This document shows, one piece after another, positions 23,835 to 36,429 of a stretch of DNA of 64,000 nucleotides. The DNA comes from Blasia pusilla (Eukaryota). Under the pieces are notes generated by a model, which was not told where the DNA came from, searched no databases, and was given only the letters and a program-made list of their open reading frames with translations. Where the stretch lies: contig CM114271.1 of NCBI GenBank assembly GCA_050084515.1, forward strand, positions 6,324,001 to 6,388,000, read 5' to 3'. A program made the position numbers and the translations under genes. The stretch's first letter is position 1; every line of letters begins with the position of its first letter.

Positions 23835-26623
23835 TGGTGGGAAAGAAAATCATGGGACGTGATCTTTCATTGGGGTTATTACGCGCCCGTAGGATCGGGA
23901 TCATTCGGACACGCAAAGTCTCACTTCTCTGGAACTTCAAGGCACTAAAGAACACACTGATCCATTACCTCCACGCGAGCCGTGGCACTTTGCACATAAG
24001 AAACGACACTGGAGTCGGACTGGCAAAGTTAGCCGAGGCGCTTTCCGGTTGCAGGTAGGGATCGAGAATCGCAATCCGCAAGGCGAGGAGATGCGAAGGA
24101 ATCCAAACTTCCTAGAGCTTTCAAGACGCCAGTGCGGATGAGCTGACATACCGTTTGGATTGCGGACGTTTCATGTCGGGGATCAGCGCGACAGGTATTG
24201 TATGTCAGTTATATCTGCAAACCCTGCCGAAGGTCAATGTGTGTGCAGAACACGGAACGATCTGCAGCACGTACCACGTAACTCTAAAAAAGTTCGCCAT
24301 TCAGTTCGCATGCGGAAGTTTGGAACTGCAATGAATTGCCGACGCCATTTCGACTTCATCTGTGTGACTAGGGGTCCTGTTGAGGACTACTCTTGGACAC
24401 TTGAGCTACCAGATAGGCAATCAGTGGATAGTCCATGATATATGTGCAATTCTGTTACCGCAGACTAGATGTCACTGCCACTGGAAAGAAGCCCGTTCCT
24501 TTCGCCACAACATGGGCAGATTCAGAGCCGCGAAGCCTTGGTGACCTGATTCACTCTTATGGATGAAGAAACCCCTAGTAATGTTTGTACTGGTTCCCCG
24601 CATCGGGAACCATGGAATACAAGCAAATAGACAGGGTGGGGACAGTGGGAGAGGTAGAATTCTCCTCTGGCCAAATTCTATGATTATCCATGCGAGAAAA
24701 TTTACAGGAGCATGATTTCAGGATTCTCTGGCCATGCCCATTACGAAACTCAAACCTGTAACCACAAGGAAGCAAGTGTACTTTACTTCCGCACGGCTGA
24801 GATTGATATCTTGAAGAAAACGTGTGGATCTCTTCCCCACGAGAAACCACGAGATTGATGGAGTTACAAAGAAACTTCGAAATAGCTGAACTGCAAGAGA
24901 ATGACCATAAATCAAACAAAGACGAGTAATGGAGGTCCAGGACGTCCCAGCCAAATAAAGTCTGTTGATCCACCTCCTCTAAGTCTAACTTATCATCCTT
25001 GCATCTTTCATGCTTATCACCCTTGCATCTTGTTTGCAGGTAAAACGTTGCGCCTGAAACTTCCATCCAGCCAGAAACCCCATTCCCAGAAAATTGAGAC
25101 ACTCGCGGAAACATCCAGACCCCAGCATTTCTGACAATGGACCTTGAGGTTTGCTTTCTTCCTCAACTGAAAACACAAATTTTCTCGTACCAGCCAAGTT
25201 TCCCCTGTCATCAACCACCATATTCCCACTTCATCAGACAGTTTAATTTATAGTCTTCTGGACCATACTCTTAATTTGTGTAGGACAATTGTTGGAGTTA
25301 CCCTAACGGATTAGAAAAAGGAGGTTCAATAGTTAGTTGTATCGACCCAGTGTCCAGCCAATGCATCACGCTCAAATAGGCACGCTCTAGGGAGGAGCTT
25401 ATGAATCCAAACAATATCAAATAATTCCTTTCACTATCTCCGACTCCAAAGTCTTGGTTCTGGCTGTGGATCTCTTCAAGAGACGAGCTCTTACTTATCA
25501 TTCACTCAATATGGCTGAACTCTTCATGTAAGTACACTCATCACCCAGGAAACTATGGCTACACTTCTACAGACCCTCACAGATTATCCCTCCAAGGAGA
25601 GCAGAATAAATGAAGCTAATGGCTCTGGGTAGGGGTCAGACTGTGTATTCTTGTAGGATGAGCACTTTCCTCAGTTACCATGAGGCATCTGATGGACAGA
25701 TAGTACAAACTGTCACTGCGGTCACAGGGTGATCCGTGTCTTCTTGAGTACTGCGGGGAGGATTTCAAGGACACACGTTCTTGACTCTTAATACCATACG
25801 AAATGGGTCTTCCATTGTTATTTTAAGTGTGATCTCAATCTCAGCCGATGCCTTCTTATGTTCACAAGACAAGATATGTCCAGGCTTACTTAAGTGATAC
25901 ATTAAAGAAACAACAAGCCACCAGCAAAAGGTGGAAGTCTGACCACAAGAAAATTGAGATGATGGGTTACTGTTTGGTTTCCAGCTAGCAGCTTAGTTAG
26001 CAATCAATGAGCTCGGCCCCTCCCCCGTGCGGGATGCCGGTTTTTAATGTCTCTTCATCCTTAACTCTGTTGAACTCTCCGTGGAAGCTACGCTTGATTG
26101 ATACCTGATGGCAGCATTTTCCAAGCTTCTCATGGGAAGTGAAAATTCACCAATACAACACATCTACTAAGACAATACCGTCACAAAGCCATTCTTTCCT
26201 TCAAATATGGATACGGCTACATAATTAAAATGCTAGAAAGCCAGAGTGGCTGAAAACTAGCTTGCTTCATTAATATCTTTCCCGCCCAGGATAGTTTACC
26301 TCTTGGCCTGACAGCTTCAATGTACATGACCCGGAATCGAGGCCTAAGCAGAAATTAGATTAACACCATGACTTCATGTGGCACTGGAGAACTTAATGGC
26401 TGTCTCCAAATCTTCCAAAGCTTCGAAATAAGCGCTTCCTCATACCATAACATTCAGAAGATCCTGCATATGCCACACTACTCTCCATTATCATTGGCAC
26501 TCATAAACACAATGGACTGACTCATACACAAGTCCAACTAAAACCCATCTAATACAGACACAAATCACATACCACCTTGGTGCAATCATGTAGTCCATTG
26601 AAGTTAGGAAATGCAACCACCTC

Positions 26624-29600
26624 TAGTGGGAAACTATATCGTCCACAGATCCCTCTCGCAAGTAACTCTGTATCACTACATACTGCATATAGGCCATACC
26701 TGAACAACTAGTAAATTCCACAATTTAAAAATATGCAGTGGGGATCACCAGCATTGGCCCAGGAGTCTCATCACGCAGGCAAATGTGCATCTCATTATGA
26801 TCATCTTCAAAGTGTCAACATTTACTAAAGAACCATTCATGTTCATGCATACTTTCGAGAATAGTTGGCCACGACGCAAGGATGCCAGCAAAATCTCAAT
26901 TTTTTTGATTGATGCAGTAAATTGAACAACATTAGTTTAGTCACTTAAAGTCAGCAGTATACCAAGATTTGTCTTACGAGCAGCACGTGTCATGCATGCC
27001 AATCTGGGCAATGAGTCAAGCCTTGCATTCATAATCCCATCCAATTGCGTTTTAATTCGCTGCGAAAAGCGTTTCCTGCAGGAAGTATTCAAAACCAGCA
27101 TGAGGATTCTTTCCACAACATACCATAAGAATGGGTCAATACAAGTGAGTAATGACACAATATTCCGGTAACCATAAGTACTGGACAAAATAAAGTTGAA
27201 CACCCTCAGCACTGACCACACCATTAAACGAAAGTTCCTTGGGAACTCGTTTCATGATGTACAAACTACTAACCAAAAACTATTACTTTCAACAACCCTC
27301 AGGGATCCAGAGACAAAGAAAAAGAAGAAATCCCACTTCTGCTGACACAAAGATGAGGGATAAGTGACTGGAATCTATTTCTAATTGACTTTAACCACAT
27401 ACCAGGATTAAATGAACTTTGCAGACATCTAAGGTGCCATTTACAATCGATACGTATGTATGTATACAGGCACAACGATGGTATACTAGGTTCACTTATC
27501 TACTTTCAGTCCGAACGAGCTGCACCATTTCACTTGGAGACAGTCTGTGACTAATGCGAAAGAGTTGAATGACAAAGACATGTAACAGCTAACACACCTG
27601 GTACTCAGATAACGCTTGCATATCATGCGTGACTTGCCTCCCTTCCGCTGCAACATAGATTTTTTTACTGCTTTAAGTAGACTCACAACAATAAGTTGGA
27701 ACCAAAGTTTATAGCCACAATTGAAACAGAAATATACACATAAAGTGAAGGAAACTGTCTTTCTTAGATTCATGTGGGCTCCAAGCTCCACATAACTCTT
27801 TACAACGTGAAAGAATGTGCATTAGAAGCTTCTTACATGCAGTGGAGAAGATCTCTCAACCTCCCACCTCTCTTTGTTCATCTGAAGATCCTCCTCCTCC
27901 CCATCATCATACATGATCTGCAAGAGAGATGATCATATCAAATGAAGCTTCCCAAAAAATTCTTCACTGCTACAAAAGAGGTTGCCTACGTCTCACATCA
28001 TCTGGCTACAAGACATACAGCAACGCTGACCTTAAAGGTGATAGCCCCATGACTATAGTAACTTAGCTAACAGAAAGTGCAGCATAAAATCTACTAGGAA
28101 AGTATAGATGGCTCAAGTTATGTACCTGATGTTTGCCAATTGTTGCATCATAGCGGACAATTTTTCCATGGTAAAACCTATAAGGTTTCAAATGATAGTC
28201 CATTAGCATAATATTCCATGATGGGAAAGCTTCAAGATGAGACCCGCTTAATTCAGGAGAATAGTTATGCCCTTCATCCCACACAACTGTAAGTGTGCCC
28301 TCTCAAGTAAGGTCTGCTCATGATTTTCTCCTAAACCCACAATCTCTTATTCTACCCGCCAGCCCAAACACTGGATTTATGCCTTCAAGTCTACAGAACA
28401 CACTGCTTCATCCATAAGCTTACAATATCAAAGATTAGAGTTTCACTGAAGATTAGCATGTACAACCCAGCATGCACACTCAATACGTGAGCTAATTCTG
28501 AATACCATGACTCCCCACTTTGAGCCACTCATTGTACATAATAGTGAAATGTCTTGATTGCAACTTAAAAGCAACATTAATACCCCTACTATACTACTGT
28601 CTGACGTGAAATGCACCGAGGGGAGTCATGGTATTCAGAATTAGTAAATGTAGCAAACCTTACATTTGAACAAAAAGTTAGCTCGGATGAAACACTCAAC
28701 ATTGTCCTATCCGAGGTCTCCTGACTAGATGACATAATCAACCTGTTCTAAAACTTGAATAACTGCTTGCACTTGAGCACTCAGTTTTATGAGTGACTTT
28801 TCTAACAGAAAATATGCTTTGCGAACTTTTATTTAGATTACGCAGATGGCCTAAACTATGCCTCTATATGCAGGAATTATATGGGGAAACCTTCATAATG
28901 GCTTGCTGTGAATTTCTTCAACAAATGCCACAACAACACCAAATGTCTCTCTCCTAAATTTTCAAATGAGTTCGATCAATAGTCTCAGTTATAAATCACC
29001 AGTGGTGCAGGTGCTAAAGCCCAACAGTTCAGGTATTTACTTTTGATCCAGCGGCCACCACACTTTAACACGAAGGCCGACACAATTCTCCCCTCTTCTG
29101 CGTCGATAATGGAGATCTGCTTGGACCACTTTGAATGAAACAAGGAAACAAAGTATTATGACATCTAACTATTTGAACTGCAAGTCACCAAGTTTAGAGC
29201 AGTCTCCGAACCTTATATATATTCCAAGACCGGTTCAGAAATCATACATTGCAAACAAAACCTCAACTAACCGAACCCAGAGTTCAATGCTTCCCCGAAA
29301 CATCATACTATATCTGTGCACCTCACTAATGATGCTACGGCAGCAAATGTGTCTCCTTATGGTGACAGGACTTTGTTGACGAGAAAGGCGCTGGACTACA
29401 ATTATAGCTCTTACTTCTTAACAATGGCCTCTTGTTAGTTTAATAACCAGGAAGAAGAACTGACTCAATTAAACACAATGAAGTCTTCTCAGACAGTATA
29501 TAATTTGCTGAAGCCCCCAGATTCCCTTCATCTGTTAACTTTCAACCAAATATGTACAGCTCACAAACCTCTATTTTTCAAGGCCTCACCAATGGGGGTT

Positions 29601-32600
29601 TTCCGATGGTGGAGTACCTCGCCGATCTGATTACACATGACATCAACAGTAAGAATCACTTACAGCCCAACAAAATCTCAGTGCTGAGCAAGAATTTTAA
29701 AACATTAGAAGGTGAATCTAACAACCCAAGCAGGATTTCAGACCTAAGTTGTTAACTTTCTGGACCACAACTCCAAGACTAAGCATGCTTTTGTAGCAAG
29801 TAACCTAATACCTAGTGTGAGACAGCATGTGATCAACTAGGTATTTTCTGAATCGCCTTCAAACCCACACAAGCTCTGCAGTTGATAGTTGAATTCAAGA
29901 CTACATGGGTGGGATGTAAAGAAACATGTATCAGGTGAGCTGAACTACGATAAGTGAAAATGAAGGAAGACATACAGGAGGATATCCATGCTCCAGGCTC
30001 AATCTTGCACTCAACAGCTTTGACCTTTTCAGAGATCTTGAGAGTATAAGGTCACTGCTTATAGCGCTCACTGAGTTATCTGCACAGGCTTTCTGCTTTT
30101 GGGGCTTCCCAAGCTGCCCTCTACATGAAGCAGATCCACAATGGCACAATTGGTTTGTTCCAAACTGAATAAACCTGTTAAGAATTGTACAACCCAGATT
30201 CTAATTAATCCCCTACACACATTCATACTGTCCACACCTCACAATGCATCAGGTATAGACCGTACAGACCATCTCAACAAGAAGAAAACATCAGCTGTTT
30301 ATAAACTGCGAATACTCTCAACAACAGAGCAATTTAGTCTGTTGATAATGAATTTAAAAGGTAGTAACCTCTGAGTATTATTCTTTTAGTTATCTACTTG
30401 GTGCATGCACTAAAAACTGACTCAGCAATTAAAACAAAAATCTAAAATTTGAGTTTTGTACTTGTAGTCATAATTGATGAACTCTCCCTTCTTGATTTCC
30501 ACAGTGGAAAAAACACCAATCCGAATTTCACCCTCAATCTGCCTGTGGTATCACAGCAGTACGTATCTACAAACAATCAGTTCACCCAAATAAAATACAG
30601 ACAAGTATGGGACAAACAACACTACAAAGGTTGACGCTGCAAAACTCCCACACCGTAATGGATGCGAAAGTGCGATCATACTACTGATCAGACTAAATTG
30701 AGCAGAAACTCTTCTTAGTATATCCTTAGCTGTGTCCAAAGACTAATTTTTCAGAAAATGATAAAAGGCTACCTTAGTAAATTACACTTCCACGCCACTG
30801 GAATGAAAGAATTCACACCAAAGCTCAAAAGGATTCATAATCATAAATTCCATGGTACCTATGCACTGCCTTCTTATGAACGAAATAAGTCCATGGTACT
30901 CTCATCTCCAAAATTCCAAAGTGGGCCCTTGTACATACCACTTTTGAAGTTCACAGTTAGGAGTGCAGCTGTGATTGATGAATCGTGACAAGTTGCCTTT
31001 GAAGGTTGCATCGATGACCATTTCCCGAGTTATTTCACACATGTAGAAGTTACTCTCACCTTGCTCTTTCATTGCCCACAACCTTTTCTCACATGTTTCA
31101 TCATCAATCACTGAATACCAAACACACACACCGTCAACTCAGTTATGGACAGTTTTCCACTTCTTTGTAAAGTTCAAAGTCCCGTTCCATACCCTCTTCT
31201 TCTCTGCCCATAGGAGCTAGTAGACATTGATATCTTCTATGGACCCTTAGTAATGTCACTGTTCTTCCTACCAGTATAAACATTTTAGGCCATGCATGCA
31301 AACAATTCACTTCCAAGATTATTTGCAATCACATCAATGAGTTCTGGGGGTCCCCAAATACACACCAACAAAGCATTCAAGCACGAAGACTGAAAAACAG
31401 TAGTGCACAGTTGGGTATTTTCCTCTGTTCCTCACTTTGAAACTAGGAAGTATCATTCAATTGATGTCCAGGTCACTCTCTTCCTACATGAACTACAGCC
31501 ATATTTGCACCCATAATTCCTTCCTCCTCCTGTAAATCTATGTAAGAGGACTATTTCCCTTACCTTCTCCTACATATTCCACCAGGAAGTCACCTGCCTT
31601 TATGTCTTCATCTGCCTTCAAACCCCATCCACATCGCTCTGTCTACAATGAAAGAATTGTACAAATCTCAACCAGACGCCACAAAGTTCATCTACAGCCT
31701 CTTTGCAGATTGTCTGATGGAGAATAGCTATACTAAAAATACATCAAATACACATATATCATCAAATTGTGCCACTTTATTAGCACCTTCACCTTACTAC
31801 ACTAAGTGATTTCTTAAACTAGTTCTCTACAAACTTTGTGGGATGACGAGCAATATACCAATATCCAGCAATATCTTCAATATGAGATCCAGATAAAACA
31901 GTCAGTGGTTTCACAGTTAGGGATCGGGGCTCCTAAACACTACAATTAAGAATATAAACCATTGAACAGATTCAATCCATACTTCCCATGGTTTGAGACA
32001 GTCCGTACTTGAAAACCAAAGCTGACTCATGAGTTGATGCAACTAAACATAACTCATCGGGTCCTCAGGTATAAACTACAAGAGCACAACAATCCTCTTG
32101 AAGACCTCAACTCTGCAATGATACTTTCATTCTAAACAGCATACTGGACTACCCCATCATAAGCCAGACATTCAATGTCAATCCTAAAATCCGTATGCTT
32201 GTGTCCTCTGCACACAAAACTCAATACAATCTCTTCAACAGGGAGGTAAAAGAACCTTGACTGCCTTCATCTTTCGGCCACGTCGCTTTTGGAAAGGTAG
32301 GTTGGAGCATGAATCTCCACATTTGCAGCTTGATGAACAGCTAGTCAGGAGCATTCTGTACACAGCCAAGAAATAGACTGTGACTATGTTTGAATACAGT
32401 TCCTGAAGCACAAACCCCGATGAACTTGCTTGAAATTGAAGAATCGACAAGTTATTTCAGAGTCTGGCCATGAAAATCGTGATAGAACTCAGGAAAAGAT
32501 GACACATTGTGGGAATTCAAATAATGATATACAACACAAATAAAAAAACGACTCTTTTAATGTGACAAGTAAGCAAGCAGAACTTACCCACACAAACAAT

Positions 32601-34216
32601 CCTTGTCACAAACATCACTCGATCCACTGGACTGTTGGCAGGAGCACTGCATACTCTCATCCTCTGGTCTTCTTCGTGGCTTTTTGACAAGGTAAATATC
32701 TGGTTGTTTTGCTAAGGTTACCTTTGATTCATTTCAAAACCGAATCCCAGCAGAAGAATGGGAGGCGCTTTGCATTCAGTGTACCATTCATGCGTTCATG
32801 CCATTTGTTTACTCTGTACAGCATTCCTCGTAATAACTGACCTGACTACCATGAGATTTTCTTCCAATGACTTGTTGTATATCCAACAGCATTCTTTGAG
32901 AATGAGTACAGTTGTGTGCTCCACAGCATTCTTTGATAACCATTGACAGGTAACATTGCTAAAAGCAAAATCCTTCAGCCATTGCTCAACTATCCTCATT
33001 CATCTTTTACCACCCTTTATAGGCTCATCAAGAGAGAGTAACAACAGACTAAGTGATTGAAGGTAAAACATCAGGACAGCTAATTTCAACCCTGTTCCTT
33101 TCCACAGGTGGGGGATACTCCGCCGGATGTGCACATATGGAGATGGCCTATCTTTGAGACGTTTGACTGCCAGACGGAGAGAGTGAGGTAGTTTAAAATC
33201 TTGAGATACGCCTGGAAGAGGAAGTCTTTCAAAACCGGTCTTCACATCCTCAGTTGGTTCAGTATCCTGGGACAGAGACACAATAAAAGGCTCATGAGAG
33301 CACACCACAGTCAACCTGAATTCCCACCATTCAAAGAAGTTGCGTTTCTCAAGAGCACTGTTTGTAAACAATTAACAGGGAACATTCTTGATGCAAAATC
33401 CTTCAACTATTCTCAATCTAATCTTACCACCCTGGATGGACTGAGCAACAGAGAGTGACAACTATACGAAGTGATTGAAGGTTAAACATCAGAACTTTGA
33501 TCGCTAATTTCAACTTTGTTCCTTTCCACAGGATACTCCGCCGGATGTGCACATATGGGGATGGCCTATTTTGGAGCCGTTTGACCGCTGCACGAAGAGA
33601 GTGGGGTAGTTTAAAATCTTGAGGTACACCTGGAAGAGGAAGTCTATCGAAACAAGTCTTCACATCCTCAGTTGGTTCGTTATCCTGTGAGAGAGAGCCA
33701 ATTAAAGGGTCATGAAAATACACCACAGTTTACATTGGACAGAAAGGATTGTTCATACAAATTTTGGGTAGTTCAAATCCCATCCAAATAAGAACTAAGC
33801 AGCATACTGGCAACAAGAGACACATCAACACACAAGTGGGGTGGTAAAGAGACATAGCATGTATTCAAAACACCCTTTATCCACTTTGACACGGATTTTT
33901 CCATACAACCCTGCCATGTTTGCCTGATTGATTTCCGCTCATACCTGGTCCACAAGCAGAGGGGCAAAGCAATCCTGCTCTAAACTGATAGGAGGGGAGC
34001 CCCCTGCATAGCTTCTGCTCTGATAGACCATAATGAATGGGTTTACCCGATAAGATAGCATCATCCCCCAAAAAAAAACTAATCCTTTCTATACAAGGAT
34101 ACAATGATTTTAGGCTTTTTGTGGGCATTGTTGGCATCAAACTAGGTCAAGAGGGACGTGTCAACCGGTACCTTGATGAGAACATTGTCATCCCTCAAAA
34201 GCTGCAGCTTATCCAT
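26624..34216 (-). CDS. ASHH3: ASHH3/SDG7-like (ASH1/Set2 class) histone lysine methyltransferase: AWS-SET-postSET plus C-terminal Tudor-like domain; multi-exon
   Basis: Phase-consistent GT-AG exons: 33537-33684 (or 33119-33266), 32588-32699, 32256-32355, 31564-31642, 30939-31110, 30462-30542, 29976-30174, 29590-29626, 29041-29128, 28126-28177, 27837-27917, 27598-27647, 26978-27075. Motifs GWGL..EYVGEVID, DAT..GNLSRFINHSC.PN, YDY, CHCGSASCRG, and VGLRVKVWWPLD..FYHG..YDDG. The start (34216) and last exon/stop (26624) are inferred. Confidence 0.88.
28492..28644. mobile_element. Intronic MITE-like foldback with 25-bp perfect TIRs
   Basis: CTAATTCTGAATACCATGACTCCCC (28492-28516) and its reverse complement at 28620-28644. 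Confidence 0.75.
32930..33730 (-). repeat. Tandem duplication (~420-bp period) of an exon plus flanking intron in the SET gene
   Basis: Two 148-nt exon copies (33537-33684, 33119-33266) with alignable flanking intron sequence. Confidence 0.93.
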
Positions 34217-34322
34217 GGCAGTGACTACTGAATTGTCGTCATTGACAGCCTCATCCACAGTCAGCCCATAAGGGTCTTTTCTATCCAAAATAGGAGGAGA
34301 ATAGTCTTTCTTCCCTGCTTTA
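34172..34322 (-). other. CDC48/p97 N-terminal exon fragment with intact splice sites
   Basis: cag|T-KAGKKDYSPPILDRKDPYGLTVDEAVNDDNSVVTAMDKLQLLRDDNVLIK|gtacc, compared with CDC48 [31 protein letters not shown]...MEKLQLFRGDTILIK. Confidence 0.85.
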
Positions 34323-36429
34323 CTGTGAACATGACACAACAATCACACAACTACGTCATCATCAAAACACAATTTCGAAGACAACAATGCCCCATACCGG
34401 AGCCCATTGTCAGGATAAAAGCCTCTGAATATCGATACAGACAGAGAACTAATCCCAAAGATGCAAATTCAGACATGACTCCATCAATAGATAACTAGCC
34501 GAAGATGATGGCTTAACGAAATCTGTTTTTCTACTCCACATCGTCCGTACAAACACACGCCTGTGTGTAATGAGTAAAGTACAGCATGTAAGAATACATG
34601 TATTGGTAGACCGAATTGGCGTAAACAAGTTTCACTACAGCCCAAGTCCACCACAGAGTCGCAATTTCCCATTTTGATGGGTCGCGCCAATACATGCCTT
34701 CAAAGGCAGAGACCTCAGATCCTTTGATCAGAAACTTGACCACCTTAAACGCTTAAATCCTGAGACTTAGAGACCTCAAACTTTGCGCCATCTTAAATAA
34801 CCTTATCCCAGCTGCCCACGTAGCTGCATCCATCCGCGCGGTCCTCATAGTTCAAAATTACACCCCTCGAACTCGCCCGTATATTCGCAAGTGCAAGCAC
34901 AAGGCTACCAGGCACAAGGGGTGGGGGAAAAACGTTCTTGGTGCTGGGAATCCCCAACCTCCACATATCTCCACAGACACTACTAGTAATACACAGCCAA
35001 GAGTTTAGGAAGTCCAGTACCACGCTTGCGCAGGAGACTCCCTCCCACTTCTGACAGACTGTTGTCGCTCTGTGTACACAATCCTGTCGAACCAGCACCC
35101 TTTCATATTCTAAATCTCCCTATCATCATCCTTGCAATGCAGGCCACAGTTTCATATGCGCTGGAAGACAGTACTTTTCATTCAGGGAGGTCACGTACGG
35201 GTCTGATTCTTCGCTTAGAGTTGCCATAACAAGCCCCCTCGACCAACTCCTCTTCTCCAACAAGCACAGTCCTCTATACAGTGGTCCGCGCCTCCTGCAT
35301 TGCCCAACACCATCAAGAAACCAGAGATCTCATGTTACAAAAGTCTCTCCAGCGGTGACGCAGACAAGTCCGCCGAAACACCAATTTTAAAATAACGATC
35401 GCTCAGAGCGGGAATCTCACGTCGGAGGAATTGGAAGGAAATTTTGAATCCCTTACACAACACAGAAACCTTATCCCCTAAAACTTCCATCACAAGCGTC
35501 ATCATAAGCACAGAGATCACCCATGACCTGCATCCTACCGACTGCCGTTTCTCTCCTGTCCTCTCCCGAGAAAGAGGTCAGCGTATGACACAGAGATCCG
35601 CCCTCTTCTACTTCCCCCGACACCCCACACCCACACATTCAAAGGAAGACAGCTCTCCACACCTGACGAGTGACTCCCGCCCTCTCTTCAGGAACATCAC
35701 AACGAAATCTGTCCTCTGCTATTCATGTTCAGTCTTCCTCTTATATTCTCCCCTACCAAAAACCCTACCTGCACCCCCCTTCCCCGCGGCATTGCCTTCT
35801 CAAACTGCCGCGCGCAAGGCAAACACCAATCCACCAATAATCGCACAATCAAGCGTCCAATTCCTGTTCACAAACAACCGCAACGCACGCCGTTCAAAAT
35901 ATCGGCAGTGGATACCCCGGCTCTCCCGTATCCAATCTGCATCCCGAGCAGCAGCGACGCCAAGTTTCAAACTCCTACGATCATCTGCCAGAATTCGTTC
36001 GGTGATTTGACGAAGGAGCACACCTGAGAGTTGTTGTAGGTGGAGTCCCGGGCAGGCAGGATCTTTGAAGTCTGGCGACGGCATTCGGAGGCGTCGACTA
36101 CATGGGACTGATTGTGATGGTTGTGCCGTCCATCCGTGGCTGCAGCAACGGCGGGTTCCGTCCGTGGCTACCGATCGTATTTGAAATGCACACACACGGA
36201 GAGTCCTACCCTTCTCGGCTCTACCCTACACACGTACCCCTCCCTCCATACAGACTCCTGCTAGGACTACTACTGTATCGAGCGTATGGTTCGGACGGGG
36301 CTAGTCAATGTTCTAAACGGGTGACTCCCGAAAACGTCAGTTATGACGACTCGCCGTAACTCAAACGGGTACATCCAAGATACTAAGGATACTTAAGGAT
36401 ACTAGTTTTTTTTTTCTTAAGGATACTAG

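Noticed and set aside
24575-25114. 179-aa minus-strand ORF
   Set aside because: No recognisable domain and a non-ATG start. May be 3' UTR or non-coding sequence downstream of the SET gene.
33877-34040. Possible native N-terminal exon of the SET gene (GRVVWKNP, faintly ASHR3-like)
   Set aside because: In-frame stop before any phase-compatible donor, and similarity too weak.
35444-36195. ORFs of 100-188 aa upstream of the SET gene
   Set aside because: No motifs. Probably the GC-rich 5' UTR, first intron or promoter of the SET gene.
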